Assembly: GCA_963705965.1 (NCBI GenBank)
Contig: CAVPLI010000001.1
Span: forward strand, 422,947 to 486,946
DNA: 64,000 nucleotides
Source of the DNA: an uncultured Actinomycetes bacterium
GTDB taxonomy: Bacteria > Actinomycetota > Thermoleophilia > Gaiellales > JALYLC01
Direction: 5' to 3'
Below are positions 28,642-38,098 of this stretch, piece by piece. Position 1 is the stretch's first letter, and the number at the start of each line of letters is the position of its first letter. The translations under genes and the position numbers were made by a program. The notes under the pieces are model-generated. The model was not told the origin of the DNA. It was given only the letters and a program-made list of their open reading frames with translations, and made no database searches.

Positions 28642-29678
28642 GAGCTGCCCGAGTGCTGGAGACCGTCGGCTGCGATGCGTTCGTCGCCTCCGACCCGTTC
28701 ACCGTCGCCTGGCTCACCGGCTTCGCCGCGGACGAGACGTGGGGGCCGAACCCGTTCGCCGCGCCGCCGCTCGCCGTCGTGCGCAGCGACGCTTCCGTCG
28801 TCGCGATCGTGAGCGAGGACGAGGCGCCCGCACTCGCCGGCAGCAGCTGCGAGGTCGTCGCGTACGAGGGCTTCACGCTCGGCCCGCTCGATCCGTTCGC
28901 CGGCCGGCGTGCGGCGCTCGCCTCGCTCGGGCTGAGCGGTCGCGTGGCGGTCGAGGACGGCGCGCTGCCCGTGCCGGGCGTCGAGGCCGTGGGGGCCGAC
29001 GCGCTCGCGCTGAGGCTGCTGCGCGCGGTCAAGGACGACGACGAGATCGCGCGCATCCGCGCAGCCATCGCGCTCTGCGACGCCGGCCAGGCCGCCGCGC
29101 GCGGCGCGCTGCGCAGCGGTGTGAGCGAGCTCGAGGCCTGGGGCGCGGTGCAGAACGCGATGGAGGTTGCAGCCGGCGAGCGGCTCTCGCTGCTGTGCGA
29201 CTTCGCGAGCGGCGAGCGCACCGGAGAGATCGGCGGCCCGCCGGGCGCCCGCGTCGTCCGCGACGGCGATCTGACGATCGTCGACCTCGTGCCCCGTCTC
29301 GCCGGCTACTGGGGCGACTCGTGCGCCACGGTGGCGGTGGGCGACGTGCCCGGAGCGGTGCGCTCGGCGCACGCGCGCTGCAGCGAGGCGCTCGATCGGG
29401 GCCTCGCGGCGCTGGCGCCCGGGATGGTCGCGGGCGATCTCGACGCGCTCGTGCGCGCCGGCCTCGACTACCCGCACCACACCGGTCACGGCGTCGGCGT
29501 CTCGGCGCACGAGGAGCCGCGCATCGTGCCGGGCGGCGAGACGGTGCTCGCGCCCGGCATGATCGTCGCGCTCGAGCCCGGCACGTATCCGGGCCCGTGG
29601 GGCATGCGCGTCGAGCGCCTGGCGCTCGTCACCGACACGGGCTGCGACGTCCTCTCGCAGCACGACATCTCGCTCTAG
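28638..29678 (+). CDS. M24 family metallopeptidase (Xaa-Pro-like)
   Basis: D...GYWGD, HHTGHGVG, HEEP, LEPG, RVE; ATGA overlap. Confidence 0.9.
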   Translation: MRAARVLETVGCDAFVASDPFTVAWLTGFAADETWGPNPFAAPPLAVVRSDASVVAIVSEDEAPALAGSSCEVVAYEGFTLGPLDPFAGRRAALASLGLSGRVAVEDGALPVPGVEAVGADALALRLLRAVKDDDEIARIRAAIALCDAGQAAARGALRSGVSELEAWGAVQNAMEVAAGERLSLLCDFASGERTGEIGGPPGARVVRDGDLTIVDLVPRLAGYWGDSCATVAVGDVPGAVRSAHARCSEALDRGLAALAPGMVAGDLDALVRAGLDYPHHTGHGVGVSAHEEPRIVPGGETVLAPGMIVALEPGTYPGPWGMRVERLALVTDTGCDVLSQHDISL

Positions 29679-29959
29679 CTGCTCGGCCGGATCACGAGCA
29701 TGGCGGCGCGGCGGCAGCGTGCCCCTATCAGGTGATTTGCCTTGAATCGGCCGAAATCTGCTGCATAGTGCCCAGGAACGTCACTTCGTCATGTGACGTT
29801 CCCAGCGACGGCGGACTGCCGGCACGCGCCAGGCCAATGGCGCGCGGCGTTCTGGCGTTGCGACGAACCGGCCGGCACTCCAGGCCCCTCCTCCCGCTCG
29901 CGCCCAGCGCTCGTGCGGAGCCGTGCATGCACGGCGCGACCCCTCATGCAAGGAGCACC

Positions 29960-30664
29960 ATGACCAACCGCAAGCGCCCATCCCACGGAGCCGTCGCCGG
30001 CTACCTCGGCCTCATGTTCGGCGTCCTCGCGCTGACCGGCGGCAGCTCGTACGCCGCGCAGTTGCTCGACGGCAAGATGCTCAAGTCCGGTTCGGTGAAG
30101 GCCCCGAAGCTCGCGAAGGGCAGCGTCACGGCCGCCAAGCTGCACAAGAACGCCGTGACGGCGCCCAAGCTGAACAAGAATTCGGTGACCGCGGCCAAGC
30201 TCGCCAAGAACGCGGTGACCACTCGCTCGATCAAGAACCGGTCGGTCACGGCGATCAAGCTCGCGCCCAACTCCGTCACCCCGGCGCTGCTCGGCGCCTC
30301 CGCGGTGACGAGCGAGAAGATCGCCGACTCGTCCGTGCTCACGAGCAAGCTGAGCGACGGCTCGATCACGACCTCGAAGATCGCCGACGGCGCCGTGACC
30401 GGCGCGAAGGTGCCGCTTCAGGTCGTGACGGCGAACACGACGGTCGCCGCGGGCACGACCGAGTCCGCCACCGCGACCTGCCCCACGGGCATGCGCGCAT
30501 TCGGCGGCGGCGTGAAGCTCGACGACGCCACCATCACGATCAACACGGGCGTCAGGCAGAGCCAGCCGGTCGTCGACGCGAAGGGCAATCCGGTCGGCTG
30601 GAGCGGCACCGCGATCTCCCTGCTGGTCGCGACCCCGTTCCACGTGTACGCCGTCTGCGGCTGA
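29960..30664 (+). CDS. Secreted protein with about 11 decapeptide repeats
   Basis: AAGGAG RBS; signal peptide ending SYAA; xxSVTxxKLx repeats; C-terminal ATCPTG...GGG...YAVCG domain. Confidence 0.8.
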   Translation: MTNRKRPSHGAVAGYLGLMFGVLALTGGSSYAAQLLDGKMLKSGSVKAPKLAKGSVTAAKLHKNAVTAPKLNKNSVTAAKLAKNAVTTRSIKNRSVTAIKLAPNSVTPALLGASAVTSEKIADSSVLTSKLSDGSITTSKIADGAVTGAKVPLQVVTANTTVAAGTTESATATCPTGMRAFGGGVKLDDATITINTGVRQSQPVVDAKGNPVGWSGTAISLLVATPFHVYAVCG

Positions 30665-30677
30665 GCCGCGCGCGGCT

Positions 30678-30712
30678 CGGGGCCGGGCACGCAGGTCGTG
30701 TGCCCGGCCCCG
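30678..30712 (+). terminator. GC-rich hairpin, probable intrinsic terminator
   Basis: 13-bp stem CGGGGCCGGGCAC/GTGCCCGGCCCCG just after the stop; weak U tail. Confidence 0.55.
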
Positions 30713-30758
30713 GTGCGTTCAGGCCCGCGCGCGTTCGCGATCGGGCATGCTTGGTGCG

Positions 30759-31283
30759 ATGTCGGGCGTCGATCGCGAGTTCCGTGAGGTCGTCGGGGCT
30801 TTCGCCACCGGCGTCTGCGTGGTCACGAGCGAGCATCACGGGCATCCGGCGGGGATGACGCTCAACTCGTTCACGTCGGTCTCGCTCGAGCCGCTGCTCG
30901 TCCTCGTCTCGCTCGCGCACGGCTCGCGCACGCTCGAGAAGGCGACCGCCAGCCAGCGCTTCGCGGTCAACATCCTGCACCGGAAGCAGCAGGACGTCGC
31001 CCTCGACTTCGCCAAGCGCGGCGCCGATTTCCCGATCGCTCACGCGATGCAGGACCGCTACGGCTACTTCGCCGTGCGCCACGCGCTCGCGCTGCTGCGC
31101 TGCGAGGTGACGGACATCGTGCGCGCGGGCGACCACGACCTGGTGATCGGCGAGGTCGCGTCCTTCGAGGGCTCGGGCGGCGAGCCGCTCGTCTTCCATC
31201 GCGGCACGTTCGGCGGTCTCGATGCCGACGCCCATGTGCCCAGCGGGCGCGTCATCGGGCTCGACAACGGCACCGGCTGGTAG
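30759..31283 (+). CDS. Flavin reductase family protein
   Basis: FATGVCVVT, NSFTSVSLEP, AGDHDLVIGEV, PLVF. Confidence 0.92.
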   Translation: MSGVDREFREVVGAFATGVCVVTSEHHGHPAGMTLNSFTSVSLEPLLVLVSLAHGSRTLEKATASQRFAVNILHRKQQDVALDFAKRGADFPIAHAMQDRYGYFAVRHALALLRCEVTDIVRAGDHDLVIGEVASFEGSGGEPLVFHRGTFGGLDADAHVPSGRVIGLDNGTGW

Positions 31284-31367
31284 CTCGTCCCACCGCTGAG
31301 CGGCGGGTCTGCGCCGCTCGCCGATGTCCTGGATGCGTCGTTCCGGAACTCCAGGAACGTCTCGTGC

Positions 31368-31505
31368 ATGGAGCGACTGTCGAAGGTCTGGCGCCGCATC
31401 CGGCGCGTCGAACGCGACGACTGGATCGGATTCGCCGCCCTCGCCATCGTGTTTCTCGCCTGCGCGTGGGTGCTGTTCGTGCTCGACCGGCCGCCGGCGA
31501 CCTGA
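31368..31505 (+). CDS. 45-aa single-pass membrane protein (not in ORF track)
   Basis: MERLSKVWRRIRRVERDDWIGFAALAIVFLACAWVLFVLDRPPAT. Confidence 0.6.
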   Translation: MERLSKVWRRIRRVERDDWIGFAALAIVFLACAWVLFVLDRPPAT

Positions 31506-31551
31506 TCGACTCGGCGAGGGTGCCTGCGATTGCGAGGCACCGTCGTCCGTT

Positions 31552-32497
31552 CTAGAGCGGGATCGCCGCCCAGATCTCGCCGCGGCCGGGCAGGTCCTTG
31601 CCGAACGAGTCCGGGTTCGTCCCGAGCCGCTCGGCGCCCTCGAGCGCGATGCGCTGCACGATCGTCGTGAGCGGGAACAGCGAGAGCGGCTCGCCGAGCG
31701 CGTCGCGGCGGAAGCGGTGGACGACCGCACCGTGGCCGGCGATCGTGTCGGCGACGACTGCGAGCCGCGCCGACGCCTCGCCTCCGCCGTCGAGCACGAC
31801 GAGCGCGTCGCCCGTGCCGACCGCGACGCTCGGGCCGTGCAGCAGGTACTCCATCGAGTAGCCGGCGGCTGCGACATACGCGGTCTCGCGGATCTTGAGC
31901 GCGCCCTCGGCGGCCGTCCAGGCATTGGTGCCGCTGCCGACGTACTGCAGCAGCCGCGCAGGCGGCGGGACGTCGAGCGTGTCGTCGGCGAGCTCGGCCG
32001 CGACGGCGTCGGGGACGGTCTCGAGATCAAGGTCGGCCCCGAGCGCGCGGGCGATCTGCGCGACGCGCATCACCGCGCAGAGGTGGCTGGACGTGAATGC
32101 TGCGGTCGTCTCGGGCGCGGACGTCTCGATGTCGGCGCCGGGGGCGCCGATCGCGGAGATCTGGACCGTCTCGGCCCCGGCCGCCTTCGCGCGTTCGAGC
32201 ACCGCGCTCGTGTAGGTCTTCGTGCCGCGGTGGCTGAGCAGGAGCAGCGCGTCCCCCGCCTCCGCTCCCGGCCCGTGGATGGCCGACTCGTCGGCCTGCA
32301 CCGCCCACGCCTCGACGCCCGCGTGACGCAAGCAGCGCGGCGCCGTGGTTGACCGCGTGCCAGCTCGTGCCGGTGCCGCTCAGCAGGACCCGCCGGCCCC
32401 TGATGCGCTCTGCGGCGCGCTCCGCCGGTCCCGGGTCTCCCAGCACCCGCCCGAGGTCTTCCGGCTGCCGCCACATCGTCTCGCGCATCACGCTCAC
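31552..32497 (-). CDS. SIS-domain sugar-phosphate isomerase/deglycase (GlmS-C/FrlB-like); one frameshift near 32328
   Basis: GTGTSWHA, LSHRG, EGALKIRE, EYLLHGP. Confidence 0.85.
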
Positions 32498-32561
32498 GTC
32501 GGCTCCTCCCGTGGATTCGGCAGCCAGCCTACCGGAGCGCCGCCAGCACTAGACTGCCGTT

Positions 32562-33104
32562 GTGCTGATCGAAAACGAGTTCGACGTCGCGGCGACGCCG
32601 GCCGAGGTCTATGCGCTGATGCTCGATCCCGAGCGTGTCGCCACGTGCATCCAGGGCGCCGAGGTGACCGGCAAGAACGACGACGGCTCCTACGACGCGC
32701 AGGTCACGGTCAAGCTCGGGCCGGTCAAGATGACCTACAAGGGCACCATCGCGATCATCGAGAGCGATCCCGAGGCGCGCACCGCGAGCATGCTCGCGAA
32801 GGGCAGCGAGGCACGCGGTCAGGGCACGGCGCAGGCGACGCTGAACATGGCGGTGACGGAGCGCGAGGGCGGCTCGCACGTGCACGTCGCGGCCGACATG
32901 CTCATCACCGGCCGGGTGGCGCAGATGGGCCGCGGCGTGATGCAGGACGTGGCGCGCCGCATGATCGGCCAGATGTCGCAGAACATGGAATCGCTGCTCG
33001 CGGGCGGCGAGCAGCCGACGGATGACGAGGCGGTCTCGGCGGGATCGCTGCTGGGCTCGGTGGTCGCCGATCGCGCGAAACGCATCTTCGGCTCGGGCGA
33101 GTAG
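32562..33104 (+). CDS. CoxG/SRPBCC family protein
   Basis: DPERVATCIQGA, VKLGPV, GRVAQMGRGVM. Confidence 0.88.
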   Translation: MLIENEFDVAATPAEVYALMLDPERVATCIQGAEVTGKNDDGSYDAQVTVKLGPVKMTYKGTIAIIESDPEARTASMLAKGSEARGQGTAQATLNMAVTEREGGSHVHVAADMLITGRVAQMGRGVMQDVARRMIGQMSQNMESLLAGGEQPTDDEAVSAGSLLGSVVADRAKRIFGSGE

Positions 33105-34764
33105 CCGCTCACTCGCCGCCCTCGCGGGCTATGCGCTGCTCTCGGTGGCGCTGTTCGGCCGCGGAGTGCTGCGCGAGGGGGGCGGCAGCGTCGTCGGCTC
33201 GTACGGGTCGGACCAGGCGACGTTCGCGTGGTCGCTCGCGTGGTGGCCGCACGCGATCGAGAACGGCCTGCACCCGCTGCTGACGGACCGCGTCTACGCG
33301 CCGGACGGCTGGAATCTCGCCTGGACCAGCTCCATCCCCGGGCCCTCGCTGCTGGCGTGGCCCCTGACCGCCGTCTTCGGGCCGGTCGCCGCCTACGACG
33401 TCCTGGCGCTCGCCGCTCCGGCCCTGGCGGCCTGGTGCGCGTACCTCCTGTGCCGTGAGATTGGCACAGGTACGCCTGCTGCGCTGGCCGGCGGTCTCGT
33501 CTTCGGCTTCACGAGCTACGAGGCCGCCGAGACGCTCAACCACCTCAATCTCGCGCTCGTCTTCACGCTCCCGCTCGCCGGCTATCTCGTCGCCCGCTAT
33601 CTCCAGGGCGGGCTCTCGGATCGCCGCTTCGTCGCGTACTTCGCGCTGTGCGTGCTCGGGGTGTTCGCCACGTTCCTGGAGACGCTGTTCTGGGCGACGC
33701 TCGGAGGCGCGCTCGCGCTGCTGGCCGGGATCGCCTTCACGCGGGCGCGCGAGCGCGCGCTGCTGTTCCGCTGCCTCGTGCTGTGCAGCGCCGCGTACGG
33801 GATCGCGCTGGTCGTGGCGTCGCCGTTCCTGTGGGTCGCGCTGGCGCACCCCGATCCTCTCGGGATCAGCGGCCACGGCTACGAGCTCGACCTCGCGAAC
33901 CTGCTCGTGCCGACGCGCGTGACCGAGCTGCGGCCACCGCCGCTGCACGATCTCGCGAAGCAGCTCGGCGGCAACAACCTGACCGAGCAGCTCGGATACG
34001 TCGGCCCGGTGCTGCCCGCGCTCGCAGGCTTCGCGCTCTGGGAGCGCCGGCGCGAGCCGCTCGCCCGGGTGCTCGCGCTCGGGATCGCCGTCGCGACCGT
34101 GTGTGCGCTCGGGTCGCGGCTCGTGGTGGCCGGGCACCGCACGTGGTTCGAGCTGCCGTGGACGCTCGTCGACGACCTGCCGCTGGCGAGCCACGCGCTG
34201 CCCGCGCGCGCATTCGTGCTCGTGTGGCTCGCGCTCGCGGTGCTCGTCGCGCTCTTCCTCGCGCGCGGCGGGCGCGCCCGCTGGATCGTGTTCGGGCTGG
34301 TGGCGCTGACGCTGGCGCCGAGCCTGGACGGCAGCCTCTGGGCGACACGGCTCGATCGCCCGGCGCTCTTCGAGCAGGGTCGCTGGAGGACGCTCGTCCA
34401 TCCGGACGAGAACGTGATGATCATCCCGTTCAGCTACGACGGGCAGGCGATGCTGTGGCAGCAGGAGGCCGGCTACGGCTTCCGCATGACCGGCGGCTAC
34501 GTCAGCGCGACGTTCCCGGACGCGCTCTGGGCGAGCCCGATCGTCCGCGCCATCTACGGCGCGCCGATGCCGCCGTTCCCGGAGCGCGAGCTCCGCATGC
34601 TCGCGCGCGATCGCAAGGTCGACGTCGTTCTCCTGCGCGCCACCCGGCCGGAGCCGTGGGAGGCCGTCCTGCGTGCGGCCTACGGACAACCGCGCGTCGC
34701 GGGCGGCATGCTCGCCTGGCGGGTACGCGGCACCTGGCCGCGCTCGCTAGGGTCTCTCCAATGA
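33022..34764 (+). CDS. Polytopic membrane protein, GT-C/YfhO-like glycosyltransferase
   Basis: DQATFAWSLAWWPHA, P.GWNLAW, MLWQ, MTGGY; many TM segments; start uncertain. Confidence 0.65.
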   Translation: MTRRSRRDRCWARWSPIARNASSARASSRSLAALAGYALLSVALFGRGVLREGGGSVVGSYGSDQATFAWSLAWWPHAIENGLHPLLTDRVYAPDGWNLAWTSSIPGPSLLAWPLTAVFGPVAAYDVLALAAPALAAWCAYLLCREIGTGTPAALAGGLVFGFTSYEAAETLNHLNLALVFTLPLAGYLVARYLQGGLSDRRFVAYFALCVLGVFATFLETLFWATLGGALALLAGIAFTRARERALLFRCLVLCSAAYGIALVVASPFLWVALAHPDPLGISGHGYELDLANLLVPTRVTELRPPPLHDLAKQLGGNNLTEQLGYVGPVLPALAGFALWERRREPLARVLALGIAVATVCALGSRLVVAGHRTWFELPWTLVDDLPLASHALPARAFVLVWLALAVLVALFLARGGRARWIVFGLVALTLAPSLDGSLWATRLDRPALFEQGRWRTLVHPDENVMIIPFSYDGQAMLWQQEAGYGFRMTGGYVSATFPDALWASPIVRAIYGAPMPPFPERELRMLARDRKVDVVLLRATRPEPWEAVLRAAYGQPRVAGGMLAWRVRGTWPRSLGSLQ

Positions 34765-35807
34765 CTCACCGCATCGCAGTCCTGGCCGGCGACGGCGTAG
34801 GCCCAGAAGTCGTCGACGAGGCGCGCCGGTGCGTCGACGAGTTGAAGCTCGAGATCGAGTGGAGCGACCTCGACTGGGGCTCCGATCACTGGGTCGAGCA
34901 CGGCGTGATGATGCCGCCGGACGCCGTCGAGCGCCTGCTCGCATTCGATTCGATCCTGCTGGGCGCCGTCGGGCGGCCCGACATCCCCGACCACGTCACG
35001 CTCTGGGGGCTGCTGCTGCCGATCCGCCAGCGCCTCGACCTGTGGGCCAACGTCCGTCCCGTGCGGCTGCTCGAGGGCGTGCCGTGCGCGCTCGCCGGCC
35101 GTGCGCCCGGCGACATCGACATGGTGTTCGTGCGCGAGAACTCCGAGGGCGAGTACTCCGGCGTCGGCGGCCGCGCGCATCAGGGCCATCCCGGCGAGGT
35201 CGGCATCGAGACGGCCGTGTTCACGCGCGCGGGCATCGAGCGCGTCGTCGAGCACGCCTTCGAGCTCGCGTCCGAGCGGCGCGGCGTCGTCACGAGCGCG
35301 ACCAAGTCCAACGCGTCGCGCTACGGCTACGTGCTCTGGGACGAGGTCGCCGCCGACGTCGCGCAGCGCCACCCGGACATCCGTTACGAGCACGTGCTCG
35401 TGGACGCGCTCGCGGCGCGCATGGTGCTGCGCCCGGACACGCTCGACGTGGTCGTCGCCTCCAATCTCTTCGGCGACATCCTGACCGACCTGGGCGCTGC
35501 CATCCAGGGCGGCATGGGGATGTCCGCGAGCGCCAACCTGTGCCCCGGCGGCGACGTCCCGGCGCTCTTCGAGCCGGTGCACGGCTCCGCGCCCGACATC
35601 GCGGGCCAGGGCATCGCGAATCCGTGCGGCGCCGTCTGGAGCGCCGTGATGATGCTCGATCACCTCGGCGAGGCGGCGGCCTCGGCGCGCCTCTTCGCAG
35701 CGCTCGCGGACGTCTGCCGTGAGGGCCCGCGCACGCGCGATCTCGGCGGCAGCGCCACGACGAGCGAGGTCGGCGAGGCGATCCGCGCCCGCCTCCAGGC
35801 GGGCTAG
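34761..35807 (+). CDS. Tartrate/isopropylmalate dehydrogenase family protein
   Basis: GDGVGPEV, RENSEGEY, TKSN, SNLFGDILTD, FEPVHGSAPDIAG. Confidence 0.92.
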   Translation: MTHRIAVLAGDGVGPEVVDEARRCVDELKLEIEWSDLDWGSDHWVEHGVMMPPDAVERLLAFDSILLGAVGRPDIPDHVTLWGLLLPIRQRLDLWANVRPVRLLEGVPCALAGRAPGDIDMVFVRENSEGEYSGVGGRAHQGHPGEVGIETAVFTRAGIERVVEHAFELASERRGVVTSATKSNASRYGYVLWDEVAADVAQRHPDIRYEHVLVDALAARMVLRPDTLDVVVASNLFGDILTDLGAAIQGGMGMSASANLCPGGDVPALFEPVHGSAPDIAGQGIANPCGAVWSAVMMLDHLGEAAASARLFAALADVCREGPRTRDLGGSATTSEVGEAIRARLQAG

Positions 35808-36856
35808 GTCGTCGTCTCCCAGCGGAAGAGCCGCAGCGCGAGCGCACTGAGCGCGGCCGCGAACAGCGCGAGCACGGCGAGGTTCGGCAGCGTCGAGATG
35901 AACGAGTGGCCGCGCACGGCGACGTCCTGGAGGCCCTCCGCGAGGTAGGTGAGCGGCAGGAAGTGCGCGATCACCTGAACGGGCTCGGGGGCCGCGGCGA
36001 GCGGGAAGAACACCCCGCCGAGGAACGTCATGGGCAGGACGATCAGGTTCGAGAGCGCCGCGGTCGCATCCTCCGTGTTGGCGCGTCCGCCGATGCACAG
36101 GCCGAGGGCGATGAACGCGACGCTCCCGACCAGCACCAGTGGCAGGAGCGCGAGCACGTTCCCGACGAGGTGCACGCCGAACAGCACGCGCCCGACCGTG
36201 AGCAGGATGACCGCCTGCACGACGGCGATCATGAGGTGGAAGATCACGCGCCCGGTCGCGAACTCGTGGAGCGGCAGCGGTGTCAGTCGCAGCCGTCTCA
36301 GCATGCCCTTCTGGCGCCAGGCGACGATCGAGAACGCGACGCCGAAGGCCGCGCTCTGCGCGATCGCCATCGCGAGCAGGCCGGGGACGAGCAGATCGAC
36401 GTAGTCGAGCGACTGCGCCTCGACGCGCTCGGACTCGAGCCGCATCGTCGGTTTCGCGTTCACGGCGCGCAGGTTGAAGCCGTCGACGATGCCGCGCACG
36501 ACGCCGATCACGATCGGCGCCTCGGCCTGGGAGGTCGCCGAATAGACGAGGCGCGCGTTGCCTCCCCCGAGGATGATGGCCGCCGGCTCGTCGCCGTCGC
36601 GTACGCGCTTGAGCGCGCGCGCCGCGTCCGGCTGCTCCTTCAGCTTGATCGCGTCCGACTGCTCGAGCGCCTTGCGCACGGGGCCGTTGCCGACGATGTC
36701 GACGGTCGGCCGCGACGTGCCGCCGGCGCCGAAGATCAGCCCGAACAGCACCATGAACATGATCGGGAACGCGAACGTGAAGAAGAACGCCGGCCGGTCG
36801 CGCCCGAACATGCGCACGCTCGCTCTGACCACGGCCCAGACGCGCCTGGCGCTCAT
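35804..36856 (-). CDS. ABC-2 type exporter permease
   Basis: FFTFAFP, LVPGLLAM, LRRLRLTP, LPLTY. Confidence 0.9.
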   Translation of the reverse strand: MSARRVWAVVRASVRMFGRDRPAFFFTFAFPIMFMVLFGLIFGAGGTSRPTVDIVGNGPVRKALEQSDAIKLKEQPDAARALKRVRDGDEPAAIILGGGNARLVYSATSQAEAPIVIGVVRGIVDGFNLRAVNAKPTMRLESERVEAQSLDYVDLLVPGLLAMAIAQSAAFGVAFSIVAWRQKGMLRRLRLTPLPLHEFATGRVIFHLMIAVVQAVILLTVGRVLFGVHLVGNVLALLPLVLVGSVAFIALGLCIGGRANTEDATAALSNLIVLPMTFLGGVFFPLAAAPEPVQVIAHFLPLTYLAEGLQDVAVRGHSFISTLPNLAVLALFAAALSALALRLFRWETTT

Positions 36857-37770
36857 TCGCGGAACTCCGTGCCGGTCGCGTCGAGGAAGACGTCCTCGAG
36901 CGTCGGCTGGCGCACCGAGAGCCCGCGCAGCTCGACGCGGCGCGCCTCGGCCAGCGCCACCAGGCCGAGCAGCGTGCGCTGCGGCTCCATGGACGTCAGC
37001 TCGTAGGCGCCGTCGGCGCTCGTCACCCGCTGCACGCCCGCGAGCGCGGCGAGCGTGTCCTCTTCGAGCCCGTCGGCCTCGAAGATCACGCGCGAGCGGC
37101 CGCGCAGGCCGTCGATCAGGGCCTGCGGCGAGTCGAGCGCGATGATGCGGCCGCCGTCCATGATCGCGACGCGGTCGCAGAGCGTCTCGGCCTCGTCGAG
37201 GTAGTGCGTCGTCAGCACGACGGTGCGCTGCTCGGCGGCGACCGCGCGGATCACGTCCCAGAGGTTGCGCCGCGCCTGCGGGTCGAGTCCGGTCGTCGGC
37301 TCGTCGAGGAACACGATCTCGGGGTCGTGCACGAGCGCGAGGGCGATCGCGAGGCGCTGCTGCTGCCCGCCCGAGAGCTGGCGCGCCTGCGAGTCGGCCT
37401 TCTCGTCGAGCCCCACGAGCGCCAGCAGGCGCGGCGCGCGGCCCTCGAGTGGGACGCCGTAGAACTTCGCGAACAGGTCGAGCAGCTCGGCCGCGGTGAG
37501 GTTCTCGAACATCGCGTTCTTCTGCAGCTGCACGCCGATCCGGCTCTGCAGGCGCGTCGGATTCGGCCAGACCGGCTCGCCGAGGATCTCGATCGAGCCG
37601 CCGTCGGGCCGCGTGAGCCCCTCGATCATCTCCAGCGTGGTCGTCTTGCCTGCGCCGTTGGGTCCGAGGATCCCGAATGTCTCTCCGCGCGCCACCGCGA
37701 ACGACACGCCTCTGACCGCATGCACCTCGCCGTAACGCTTCTCGAGTCCGTCGACTTCGATCGCGTCCAC
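36853..37770 (-). CDS. ABC exporter ATP-binding protein
   Basis: GPNGAGKTT, LSGGQ, DEPTTGLD. Confidence 0.95.
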   Translation of the reverse strand: MDAIEVDGLEKRYGEVHAVRGVSFAVARGETFGILGPNGAGKTTTLEMIEGLTRPDGGSIEILGEPVWPNPTRLQSRIGVQLQKNAMFENLTAAELLDLFAKFYGVPLEGRAPRLLALVGLDEKADSQARQLSGGQQQRLAIALALVHDPEIVFLDEPTTGLDPQARRNLWDVIRAVAAEQRTVVLTTHYLDEAETLCDRVAIMDGGRIIALDSPQALIDGLRGRSRVIFEADGLEEDTLAALAGVQRVTSADGAYELTSMEPQRTLLGLVALAEARRVELRGLSVRQPTLEDVFLDATGTEFRE

Positions 37771-37853
37771 TGCGGCCGATGCTACTCGACGCTCTCGCTT
37801 CGCTCCCCCACGCGCCGGGCGTTCCGTTGTCGCGGGATCGGGGACAGGGCCCC

Positions 37854-38081
37854 ATGACTCACACGCAGCGAACCCACCTGGCGCACGCACCCGATTCCGA
37901 GGACCGCGAGGTCGTGCAGGAGACGACGGGCATGACGGATCCCGCCGAGGCCGACGACGAGGGCGGCAGCGGCACGGCCGGCCCCGACACCGCCGAGAAG
38001 GACCAGGCGGGCAGCTACGCGCGCGACGCCGAGCAGGACCCGGAGGGCGAGCGGCACGACCGCGCCGACTCCGACCGCTGA
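37854..38081 (+). CDS. Small acidic hydrophilic protein
   Basis: ATG 37854, 75 aa, D/E-rich. Confidence 0.6.
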   Translation: MTHTQRTHLAHAPDSEDREVVQETTGMTDPAEADDEGGSGTAGPDTAEKDQAGSYARDAEQDPEGERHDRADSDR

Positions 38082-38098
38082 CAGGATCTCGGCCGGCG

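Noticed and set aside
28739..30664. 641-aa ORF spanning the peptidase and repeat protein
   Set aside because: The real gene starts at ATG 29960 with an AAGGAG RBS and signal peptide; the upstream part is off-frame
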